From Prosthecobacter sp. (lineage in GTDB: Bacteria > Verrucomicrobiota > Verrucomicrobiia > Verrucomicrobiales > Verrucomicrobiaceae): a stretch of DNA of 64,000 nt. Below are positions 19,244-26,895 of the stretch, piece after piece; the stretch's first letter is position 1, and each line of letters opens with the position of its first letter. A program made the position numbers and the translations under genes. Location of the stretch: positions 2,006 through 66,005 of the forward strand of contig NZ_JBJXFV010000065.1 in assembly GCF_046154365.1 (NCBI RefSeq), written 5' to 3'. The notes beneath the pieces were generated by a model. That model saw only the letters and a program-made list of their open reading frames with translations. It was not told the origin of the DNA and did not search any database.

Positions 19244-19962
19244 CGTTTTGCCTTCGTTTTGGCGGCGAGATCGCGAGCTGCTTCGTCCATGTGATGTTTC
19301 ATTGCTTTGGCGGCAGCGGGGGCATCGTGCGCGGCCACGGCACTCAAAATAGCGGTGTGGTGATCAATCGCCCGCTGCCTGCCGACGTTGCTGATGGTGA
19401 TGCGACGACTTTCACGACCGAGATCGGCGAGGGATTCAAGCATGAGCTTCAAAATCTCGTTGCTGGCGATGCGGGCGAGCGTGCGGTGGAAGTCGATGTC
19501 GGCCTCGACGGCTTCATCATGCGTCTCAGCGGCCACCAAGCGCTCATGAATGCTGCGGAGTTGCTTCACATCGGCCGTTTTGGCTTTCAACGCGGCTTGT
19601 TTCGCGATTTCAGGCTCGATGGCAGCGCGAGCTTCGTTCAACTGTCGCAGACGTTCGGACAATTCGGGTAGAAGCAGTGACAAAGAGCCGCTCAGGGGCT
19701 TGTGGAGTCGATTCACGGCTCGAATGCCGCTGCCGTGCCGAATTTCGAGCAGGCCTTGCAGTTCGAGGCGTTTGGTGGCCTCGCGAAGAACAGTGCGGCT
19801 CACCCCAAGGCGCTCGGCCATGAGACGTTCTGGCGGCAGCCTGCCATTGCCAGACTCAACTTCGTCGCGCAATTGGCGCGCGAGGCGCGAACAGACCTGA
19901 TCGACAAGCGACGGGGCGGATTTGAGCGGGGAGAGAGTCATCAATAATTGGTAGGAGGTCAT
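19240..19962 (-). CDS. GntR-family transcriptional regulator, FadR subfamily (FCD C-terminal domain)
   Basis: Lies inside ORF 19240..20382(-). The wHTH region is LPPERLMAERLGVSRTVLREATKRLELQGLLEIRHGSGIRAV. The start is ambiguous between ATG 19962 (MTSYQ), ATG 19941 (MTLSP) and ATG 19995. Its stop overlaps the DUF1553 start as ATGA (19240-19243). Confidence 0.85.
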   Translation of the reverse strand: MTSYQLLMTLSPLKSAPSLVDQVCSRLARQLRDEVESGNGRLPPERLMAERLGVSRTVLREATKRLELQGLLEIRHGSGIRAVNRLHKPLSGSLSLLLPELSERLRQLNEARAAIEPEIAKQAALKAKTADVKQLRSIHERLVAAETHDEAVEADIDFHRTLARIASNEILKLMLESLADLGRESRRITISNVGRQRAIDHHTAILSAVAAHDAPAAAKAMKHHMDEAARDLAAKTKAKR

Positions 19963-19968
19963 ACCAAT
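19947..19968. promoter_or_regulatory. candidate GntR/FadR-type operator: ATTGGTA-N8-TACCAAT
   Basis: A perfect 7-bp inverted repeat read directly from the sequence. It has the GT...AC core typical of GntR-family operators and straddles the candidate start codons of the GntR gene itself. Confidence 0.35.
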
Positions 19969-20104
19969 CGTGATTTGAGCGGTGAATTCTTTCATCCTGT
20001 CGAAAAAATGATCATGCATTGCCACCCATGACCTTTGTGTCACTTGCGGCTTGAGCCTGCCCGCGATCACGGGACAGTGCGCGCCAACTTCTGCCGCCTC
20101 CGAA

Positions 20105-20797
20105 ATGCCCCTTCGTGACACCTTGCTCAATCTCGCCATCACCTGCGTGCTGGTGCTGATCATCGTGCTGGCGGCGATTCTGCTGAAGGAGAGCCGGCCG
20201 GTGCCGCTGGCGGCGCTGCCGATTCCGGTGGCGCAGGTGGTGCCGGGGCAGGCCACGAACGACACCGGGCGCACGTCGCTGCCAGAGTTTAAAATTTTCC
20301 CGAAAGCACGCCTCATTGAGAGCCGCACGAACGAGGCGGACACGCTGCGCATCAAGGTGAGCGACACGGAGGACGAGCACATCTTTGTGCTCTACTTCGT
20401 GGATGCGCTGGATGCCTCGTGGACACATCCGCAGCGGGTGCAGGAGCAAGGACGCTATTTTGGCGTGAGCAGCCAGCGCATCGTGGATGAAGGCGTGAAG
20501 GCGGGGCAATACGTGACGCAACTGCTCAAAGAACATGCGTTTTCGGTGATGACACGCTGGGAGGAGGTGCCGGACCGCAGCCGCTTTTATGCGCTGATCC
20601 TGGTGGAGATCAGTCCCGGCAAGCCGGTGTATCTGGCCGATCTGCTGGTGCAGCAGGGCTATGCACGGCTGGCGGGTGTCACGACGACGCTGCCGGCGGA
20701 TGCACGGACGGCGGACGAGTATGCGCTGGAGCTGCAAGCGCTGCGGCGGCAGGCGCAGCAGAAGAAAGCGGGCATTTGGGCGGCATCGAAGCTGTGA
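20105..20797 (+). CDS. membrane-anchored thermonuclease (SNase)-like protein
   Basis: ORF 20051..20797(+) begins at TTG, and I prefer ATG 20105 (MPLRDT). It has a TM helix (LLNLAITCVLVLIIVLAAILL). YALILVE, YLADLLVQQGYARL and QQKKAGIW resemble the C-terminal motifs of staphylococcal-nuclease-fold proteins. Confidence 0.55.
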   Translation: MPLRDTLLNLAITCVLVLIIVLAAILLKESRPVPLAALPIPVAQVVPGQATNDTGRTSLPEFKIFPKARLIESRTNEADTLRIKVSDTEDEHIFVLYFVDALDASWTHPQRVQEQGRYFGVSSQRIVDEGVKAGQYVTQLLKEHAFSVMTRWEEVPDRSRFYALILVEISPGKPVYLADLLVQQGYARLAGVTTTLPADARTADEYALELQALRRQAQQKKAGIWAASKL

Positions 20798-20800
20798 GAT

Positions 20801-20865
20801 GGTTGATGGTGAATGGTTGATAGTTTCAGAATCCGGCCATCAACTATCAACTCACGACCATCAAC
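20801..20865. repeat. long imperfect inverted repeat (10 bp + 5-nt bulge + 9 bp arms, 16-nt loop) between the nuclease gene and the ArsR-family gene
   Basis: The left arm GGTTGATGGT-GAATG-GTTGATAGTT (20801-20825) pairs with AACTATCAAC-TCACG-ACCATCAAC (20842-20865). No T-tract follows, so it is not a canonical terminator. Confidence 0.6.
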
Positions 20866-20921
20866 GGCTCGGCAAACTCCGGTATTGATGAACCATGATG
20901 CGTTGATACGATGGGTTTGCC

Positions 20922-21899
20922 TTGGCATCCATTCTCAAATCTCTAAGCCTTATCGCTGACCCGACGCGGGTGCGGCTGCTGCTGCTGCTGAAGCAGGAGG
21001 AGCTAAGCGTGGCGGAGCTGCAGGAGGTGCTGTCGCTGCCGCAGTCGAACATTTCGGCCCAGCTCGCGAAACTGAAGGCTGCCGGTTTGGTGAACGACCG
21101 CCGCAGTGGCAAAAACCGGCTGTATCAGCTCGATGAACCCGGCACAAAGGACCAGCCGACCCATGAACACTTTCTGGCGCTCATCGAGGCGGCCGGAGCA
21201 GAACTGCGCGAAGTCACCAAGGATGCCGAGGCGCTGCAAGTCGTGCTGCGGAAGCGGGCGCAGACAGCGCAGGCCTACTTCGATGCGCTGGCGGGTAAGT
21301 TTGGCCGACATTACATCCCCGGACGTTCGTGGAAGGGCTTGGGAGAGACTTTGCTCAAACTGCTGCCGCCGCTGATCATTGCTGATCTTGGTGCGGGCGA
21401 GGGAACGCTGTCGCAGTTGCTCGCACAGCGGGCGAAGAAGGTTATCGCTGTCGATAACAGCGAGAAGATGGTCGCCTACGGTTCGGAGTTGGCGCTGAAG
21501 CATGGCTTCACGAACCTCGAATACCGTCTGGGTGACCTCGAAGCACCGCCGATCCCGCCGTTGAGTGTGGACCTCGTGTTTCTGAGTCAGGCGCTGCATC
21601 ATGCGCAGAATCCAGAGAAGGCGCTCAAGGCGGCGTATGCCATTCTCAAACCCGGCGGGCGCATCGTGCTGCTGGACCTGCTCAAGCACCAGTTTGAGAA
21701 GGCACGCGACCTCTATGCGGATGTGTGGCTGGGTTTCTCCGAAAGCGAGCTGCATGAGATGCTGGGCAAGGCTGGCTTCAAAAGCATCGAGACCAGCGTG
21801 GTGTATCGCGAGGGCAAAAGCCCGCATTTCCAGACGATCCTGGCGCTGGCCGAGAAGGAGAACCGCTTCACTTCGACAGGTCACTGGTCTGGCTCGTAA
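20922..21899 (+). CDS. ArsR/SmtB-family wHTH regulator fused to a class I SAM-dependent methyltransferase
   Basis: ORF of 325 aa with a TTG start. The N-terminus LIADPTRVRLLLLLKQEELSVAELQEVLSLPQSNISAQLAKLKAAGLV is the ArsR HTH. The methyltransferase motif I is IADLGAGEGTLS, and GGRIVLLD follows later. Confidence 0.8.
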   Translation: MASILKSLSLIADPTRVRLLLLLKQEELSVAELQEVLSLPQSNISAQLAKLKAAGLVNDRRSGKNRLYQLDEPGTKDQPTHEHFLALIEAAGAELREVTKDAEALQVVLRKRAQTAQAYFDALAGKFGRHYIPGRSWKGLGETLLKLLPPLIIADLGAGEGTLSQLLAQRAKKVIAVDNSEKMVAYGSELALKHGFTNLEYRLGDLEAPPIPPLSVDLVFLSQALHHAQNPEKALKAAYAILKPGGRIVLLDLLKHQFEKARDLYADVWLGFSESELHEMLGKAGFKSIETSVVYREGKSPHFQTILALAEKENRFTSTGHWSGS

Positions 21900-23502
21900 C
21901 GCGTGCGGCAGGCAGGGCGAGTCCGTTTTGCAGCAACGTGAGGCCGTTGATCTGTTGTTTATCGTCACGCGTGAAGACGAGCGTGGCCTTGACGACATCA
22001 TATTCAAAACGGTCTGGGGTGGTTTCAAACACGGGAACCGAAGGCTGGCCTTCAAGCTGGGCGAAGAGCGTGTTCGCCTGCACGGTGACTTTGAGTTTTT
22101 TCAAGCCCATGAGGGCATACTCACCCGCGTAGGGCTGGAGTTCTTTCGAGGTGCGCAGTTGGTACTCAGGCGGCGCGGCGCTGCTGCGCTTGGCGGTGAG
22201 TTCACGCCCGTTTTGAAACAGGGTGAGTGATTGAATCACGCCCTTGTCGCGATTGAAGGCGATTTCCGCTGTCACCGCCTTGTAGAAGAAACGATCCGGC
22301 ACTTTGGCAAAGGCGTGTAGGAAGGCCTGGCCAGTGAGGTTCACCCACAACTTCCCGTCACGCAGCAGCACGGTGAAGCGGGCGTCGCGGTCGAGTTCAT
22401 AGACGCCGGGATACTGCGTCAGCATCTCCACCGGGAGTGAAATCTCCTTCTGCTTTTGTGGCGTGGCCGATTTGGCATCTGACATCGCGGCGATGACCGC
22501 CGAGCCGCTGAGGCTGTTGTTGTTGATCAAGGCGATAAGCACGGTCTCTTTCGACGGGATGACTTGCAGCGACGCGCTGTAGCCGCCTGTGCCGCCATCG
22601 TGGCTGAAGATCATTTCACCCTCGTGCTTGCCCAAAAACAAACCGAGGCCGATCTGGCCGCCCATGGCCGGCGCTTCCGCCTGCGCTTGCAGAGCAAAGG
22701 CAAAGGCGTCTTTGAGCGGTGTTTTTTCAGGATGCAGCATCGCCTCGCCAAACTTCATCAGATCCGCCGCCGTGCTGCGTAGCGCCCCGGCTCCGGCCAC
22801 GGCGTCGAAATTCCATGGCTTCACCCCTTTTTCACCGGCATGCGGTGTCGCCAGCGGCAGCTTCGGCTCAGGATGAACCGCCGTGTCCTTCAATCCGAGC
22901 GGCAGGCAGATTTTTGCCACCACCGCCTTCTCCCAGCCCGTCTCCCAAAGTTTTCCAAGCAGATGACCCAACAGACCGACACCCAGATTCGAGTAGCTGC
23001 ATGAGTATGGCCCCTCGCCTTCCAGTTTGGCGCTGATGAGAAAGGCCAGCAGCAGCTTCTCATCGTAGTTCGCGTACGGATCATCCTCGATCGAGCCGAC
23101 AGCAAGATTCGCCGGCAGCCGTGGCAGGCCGCTCGTGTGCGTGGAGAGCTGCTTCAGCGTGATCGCGGCGATGCGTGGATCGGCAAACTTGAGCTTCGGA
23201 TCGAGCAAGCTGCCAATGGTCGTCTCCAGCGTCACTTTTTTCTCCACCACCGCCTGCGCCAGCAACAGACCGGTGAAGACCTTCGTGATCGAGCCGATTT
23301 CGAACACGATCTGCTCTGGCGGTGCGTTCTTCGCCTCTGGAGCCTTGCCAGAGATGGTAAAACGCACGTCATCGCCGATGCGTTCGCCGGTCACGATACA
23401 GCCGGCTTTCAGCTCCTTGGCCTGTTGAGCGGCCGCCGCCGCCAGAGTGCGGGCGTGCAACGATTGGACCGTGATCAAAAGGCTCAGGAGAACGAATTTC
23501 AT
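21868..23502 (-). CDS. beta-lactamase-fold serine hydrolase with two C-terminal DUF3471-like repeats
   Basis: ORF 21868..23508(-), with the start at ATG 23502 (MKFVLLSLL signal peptide). It has the SxxK motif GSITK and LSTHTSGLP. Two similar ~75-aa C-terminal modules are (Y.G.Y.L....VT/L.....L......G.....F.....DRF.Y). Its 3' end overlaps the convergent ArsR-methyltransferase gene by 32 bp. Confidence 0.85.
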   Translation of the reverse strand: MKFVLLSLLITVQSLHARTLAAAAAQQAKELKAGCIVTGERIGDDVRFTISGKAPEAKNAPPEQIVFEIGSITKVFTGLLLAQAVVEKKVTLETTIGSLLDPKLKFADPRIAAITLKQLSTHTSGLPRLPANLAVGSIEDDPYANYDEKLLLAFLISAKLEGEGPYSCSYSNLGVGLLGHLLGKLWETGWEKAVVAKICLPLGLKDTAVHPEPKLPLATPHAGEKGVKPWNFDAVAGAGALRSTAADLMKFGEAMLHPEKTPLKDAFAFALQAQAEAPAMGGQIGLGLFLGKHEGEMIFSHDGGTGGYSASLQVIPSKETVLIALINNNSLSGSAVIAAMSDAKSATPQKQKEISLPVEMLTQYPGVYELDRDARFTVLLRDGKLWVNLTGQAFLHAFAKVPDRFFYKAVTAEIAFNRDKGVIQSLTLFQNGRELTAKRSSAAPPEYQLRTSKELQPYAGEYALMGLKKLKVTVQANTLFAQLEGQPSVPVFETTPDRFEYDVVKATLVFTRDDKQQINGLTLLQNGLALPAARVTSQTSDLSK

Positions 23503-23583
23503 GCACACAGGCTACGAAACCCGACCGCAAACATCAAGGCGTCTCATTGACGCGGCACGCTTCCCCGCCTCCAATGCCGCGCC

Positions 23584-24807
23584 GTGAGAGAGAGCCTGGA
23601 AGACTTGGAGAATTTCATCATCGACGTCGTCATCAACAACCGTCGCGGGATTCGCGCGGCCATGCTGCGGGGCGTCTTCCGCGGGCTTTCAGGCATCTAT
23701 TCGGCGGTGGTGCGGACCCGGCTCTACTTGTACCGCCATCGCTACATTCACGACCATCACCTCGGCGTGCCGGTCATCAGCGTCGGGAATCTCACTGTCG
23801 GTGGGACGGGCAAGACGCCGGTCGTGGAGATGCTGGCGAAGGCCTTGCAGGAGCATGGCCGGCGCGTGTGCATCCTGAGCCGCGGGTACAAGAGCAAGCG
23901 ACAGAGAAAGGTACCGTTCTCGAAAAAAATGGCCGCGCGCTTCGGCTTTATTCCGAAACCGCCGCAACCGCTGCCGCGCATCGTCTCTGATGGCGAAAAC
24001 GTCCTGCTCGACTCACACAACGCGGGCGATGAGCCCTTCATGCTGGCGAAGAACTGCCCCGGCATCCCGGTCGTGGTGGACAAAAATCGCGTGAAAGCCG
24101 GGGCGCATGCCATTCAGCGCTTCGGTGCCGACGTGCTCGTGCTCGACGACGGCTTGCAATACCTCAAGCTCAAGCACCGCCACGACATTGTGCTCATCGA
24201 CAAGACCGCCCCGTTCGGCAACAACGGCTTCATGCTGCCACGCGGCACGCTGCGCGAGCCACCACGCAGCCTGCTGCGCGCCAGCTACATCTTCATCACC
24301 AAATCTGATGGCGACAGCGAGGAGATCATCGCCCAGATCCGCCGCTACAACCGTGCCGCCGAGATCATTGAGTGCCGCCATCGGGCGATGCATTTTGAAG
24401 ACATCCACACTGGCGAACGTCTGCCGATGGACGGGTTGAAAGGCCAGTTTGTCGGCGCTTTGTCGGGAATTGCCGTGCCGGAGAGTTTTGAGAATGGTTT
24501 GCGCAAACTTGGAGCGAAGGTGGAGGTCATCGCCCGCTTCGCCGACCACCACCGCTTCCACGGCCCGGAACTGAAGCAGTTCGTCGAGCGCTGTGTGCGG
24601 CGTGACGTGCATTGCATGGTCACGACCGAGAAGGATTACGTGCGCTTCCCCAAACTGCCCGTCGCCGACATTCCGTTCTACTTCATGCGCGTCGAGATCG
24701 AGATCATTCGCGGCCGCGATGTCTTCGACAAGATGGTGCGCTTGATCGCGGAGCCACGCCGCGTGCCTGCGGGCGTGCTGCCGGCGGATTTCATGGAGGC
24801 TTCGTGA
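23584..24807 (+). CDS. lpxK: tetraacyldisaccharide 4'-kinase
   Basis: ORF of 407 aa with a GTG start. The P-loop context is VISVGNLTVGGTGKTP, followed by ILSRGYK and VLDDGLQ. Confidence 0.85.
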   Translation: MRESLEDLENFIIDVVINNRRGIRAAMLRGVFRGLSGIYSAVVRTRLYLYRHRYIHDHHLGVPVISVGNLTVGGTGKTPVVEMLAKALQEHGRRVCILSRGYKSKRQRKVPFSKKMAARFGFIPKPPQPLPRIVSDGENVLLDSHNAGDEPFMLAKNCPGIPVVVDKNRVKAGAHAIQRFGADVLVLDDGLQYLKLKHRHDIVLIDKTAPFGNNGFMLPRGTLREPPRSLLRASYIFITKSDGDSEEIIAQIRRYNRAAEIIECRHRAMHFEDIHTGERLPMDGLKGQFVGALSGIAVPESFENGLRKLGAKVEVIARFADHHRFHGPELKQFVERCVRRDVHCMVTTEKDYVRFPKLPVADIPFYFMRVEIEIIRGRDVFDKMVRLIAEPRRVPAGVLPADFMEAS

Positions 24808-25622
24808 TGAGCGCGGATAATCCAGCCATCGCCGAGGTCCGCATGGTCAAGGTGAACGTCACCGGCGTGCAAAGCGAAGTCAGCGATGTCACCGCACGCG
24901 AAGAGCCGCTGGAAATCCGCGTCGAAGGCCGCTCCGTGGCTGTGGTGATGCGCACGCCGGGTCACGATGAAGAACTCGCCGCCGGCTTCCTCGTCAGCGA
25001 AGGCGTAGTGCAGCGTCCGCGTGACATTTTGGAGATCTCGCAATGCCCCAGCACCGGCAACAACAAGGGCAACATCGTCGATGTGCTGCTCGGTGGTGCG
25101 GTGGTGAACTGGGACTCGCTCACGCGCCACGTCTTCAGCGCTTCAAGCTGCGGCCTGTGCGGCAAGACCAGCATCGAAAGCGTGTTTCAACAATTCCCTC
25201 CCGTGAAAGGCGACTGGCAGGTCACACCGGCCTTGATCGCGAGTTTGCCGGACAAACTGCGTGCCGCGCAGGAAACCTTTTCCAAAACCGGCGGCCTGCA
25301 TGCGAGCGGCATTTTTGACCTCGAAGGTAATCTTGTCGTGTTGCGCGAGGATGTGGGCCGTCACAACGCGCTCGACAAGATTCTCGGCTACGCCTTGCAG
25401 CGTGATCTGCTGCCGCTGGATCGCCACATCCTGCTCGTCAGCGGTCGTGTGTCGTTTGAGATCATTCAGAAGGCTCTCGCCGCAGGCATTCCACTGCTCG
25501 CCGCGATCTCGGCACCGAGCAGTCTCGCGGTCGAATTCGCCCAAGCAGCCAATCAAACGCTCATCGGCTTCCTGCGGGGCGAAACGATGAATGTTTACAC
25601 GCATCCGAGACGGGTCCGGTAG
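24807..25622 (+). CDS. fdhD: formate dehydrogenase accessory sulfurtransferase FdhD
   Basis: Lies inside ORF 24612..25622(+). The start is at ATG 24807, which overlaps the lpxK stop (TGATG). Supporting segments are EEPLEIRV, MRTPGHDEELAAGFL, SSCGLCGK, DVGRHNALDK and SGRVSFEIIQKA. Confidence 0.9.
   Translation: MSADNPAIAEVRMVKVNVTGVQSEVSDVTAREEPLEIRVEGRSVAVVMRTPGHDEELAAGFLVSEGVVQRPRDILEISQCPSTGNNKGNIVDVLLGGAVVNWDSLTRHVFSASSCGLCGKTSIESVFQQFPPVKGDWQVTPALIASLPDKLRAAQETFSKTGGLHASGIFDLEGNLVVLREDVGRHNALDKILGYALQRDLLPLDRHILLVSGRVSFEIIQKALAAGIPLLAAISAPSSLAVEFAQAANQTLIGFLRGETMNVYTHPRRVR
25530..25607 (+). repeat. direct repeat copy 1 (in-frame end of fdhD), 78 bp, partner at 26375-26452
   Basis: My hand alignment gives 74/78 identical bases (gtcgaattcgcccaagcagccaatcaaac...gaaacgatgaatgtttacacgca.ccg). 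Confidence 0.9.
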
Positions 25623-25651
25623 CTGAGCTGTCGCACTCCACGGCGTCGTAC

Positions 25652-26077
25652 TCAGTCCAGCCAGTTCTCCACCCGCAGGCCTGGCAGGCAAGTGAAGTCC
25701 TCGTCATTGCGCGTGAGCAGCGTGGCATCATGTGCCAGGCAGATGGCGGCGATTTTCAGATCCATGGTGCCGCCCCTGCGAAAGGCACGGCGCAAGCCGG
25801 AATAAATCTGCGCGGCATCGTCATCAAAAGGCAGCATCCCGAGCTTCACAACGATTTCCAAGGACTCCTGCATCCGCGCATACGTCTCCACCTGCGCGGG
25901 TCCGGCGGTGTGGCGTTGGAGCAGCGCCAGCCAACCTCGCACATCCTCCTCCACGGTCACGATGCAGGCAAAGACGGCGGCTTTCTCCGCAGGAATGCGC
26001 TCTCGGAGCCTGCGTCCCGCAGCGGAAGTGCGGCTCACGAGTTTCCGCAGGTGGTTCGTGTCTAAGATGGCGAACAT
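25652..26077 (-). CDS. vapC: PIN-domain toxin (VapC-like)
   Basis: ORF of 141 aa. It has the N-terminal MFAILDTNHL (PIN acidic residue) and the C-terminal TLLTRNDEDF. Confidence 0.85.
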   Translation of the reverse strand: MFAILDTNHLRKLVSRTSAAGRRLRERIPAEKAAVFACIVTVEEDVRGWLALLQRHTAGPAQVETYARMQESLEIVVKLGMLPFDDDAAQIYSGLRRAFRRGGTMDLKIAAICLAHDATLLTRNDEDFTCLPGLRVENWLD

Positions 26078-26274
26078 CAGCGGCGGGCATTCTCGGCTTT
26101 GCGCCAGGCCTCGCCCAGCCGTGCGGCTTCGCGGAACAGGGCATCATCCTTCACCGTCCCCGCCACCGCTGTCCAGTTTGACTTGGGCAAGGGCTTCCCC
26201 TGCGCCGCACGTCGCGCCCGCACGGACGTCACCAGAGTTTCCAATGCCTCCACGGGTTCATTTTTTGTCTTCAT
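26077..26274 (-). CDS. small antitoxin partner of the PIN toxin
   Basis: ORF 26077..26280(-) begins at GTG, and I prefer ATG 26274 (MKTKNEPVE). Its stop overlaps the vapC ATG (TGATG at 26075-26079). The call rests on size and position, as I recognised no family. Confidence 0.6.
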   Translation of the reverse strand: MKTKNEPVEALETLVTSVRARRAAQGKPLPKSNWTAVAGTVKDDALFREAARLGEAWRKAENARR

Positions 26275-26374
26275 GCCCACGATCTTAACTCGTCAGCCAA
26301 CCCTGACCACCAAAAATCTCTCCCTCTCATCTCTGACTTCTGTCCCTGCACTCATCCATCCACGAACCATCAAT

Positions 26375-26470
26375 GTCGAATTCGCCCAAGCAGCCAATCA
26401 AACACTCATCGGTTTCCTGCGGGGTGAAACGATGAATGTTTACACGCACCCGCAACGACTTACGCTTTAA
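26375..26470 (+). pseudogene. displaced relic of the fdhD 3' end (direct repeat copy 2 plus its own stop)
   Basis: It translates as VEFAQAANQTLIGFLRGETMNVYTHPQRLTL-stop, against the FdhD end VEFAQAANQTLIGFLRGETMNVYTHPRRVR-stop. The TAA at 26468-26470 lies 2 nt before the next gene's ATG. The sequence upstream of 26375 is unrelated to fdhD. Confidence 0.8.
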
Positions 26471-26472
26471 CC

Positions 26473-26895
26473 ATGAAACCGATCCAACCTGTTGTCCTCA
26501 TCATCTGGGCGGCGCTGTGCTTCGCTCTCATCGCTTATGCGGTGATGCTGAGCGCCATCACATTCGTGCCGGCCAAGGCGGTGCAACCGTTGCTGACGAA
26601 CATTTTTGCGCTGGTGGCCGGATGCTCCGCCGCGCTGAGTTTTTTCCTGCGCAAGCTGCTGCTGGGCGGATTCATTGACGGAACGCAGAGTGTGGATGAT
26701 CCGGCCAGCCGGGGGCGTTTTCTTGCCGGGCACATCGTGATTTTTGCGCTCAGCGAAGGCGTGGGGGTGCTGGGATTGGTGAACGGCTTGAACTCGAAGG
26801 GCGTGGGCGATGCCTGGGTGCCGTTTATCGGCGGGGCGCTGATCCTGATGCTGCTGCACATCCCGCTGCGGTCGCGTTTCAAGTCTCTCGCATGA
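26473..26895 (+). CDS. hypothetical integral membrane protein (about 4 TM helices)
   Basis: ORF of 140 aa with hydrophobic stretches throughout. It forms an ATGA overlap with the downstream cysteine desulfurase gene (26892-26895). Confidence 0.6.
   Translation: MKPIQPVVLIIWAALCFALIAYAVMLSAITFVPAKAVQPLLTNIFALVAGCSAALSFFLRKLLLGGFIDGTQSVDDPASRGRFLAGHIVIFALSEGVGVLGLVNGLNSKGVGDAWVPFIGGALILMLLHIPLRSRFKSLA

Noticed and set aside
26099-26470. 123-codon plus-strand ORF ending in an FdhD-like peptide
   Set aside because: It is not a gene. Only the last ~31 codons are fdhD-derived (the displaced relic), and the rest runs antisense through the antitoxin gene.
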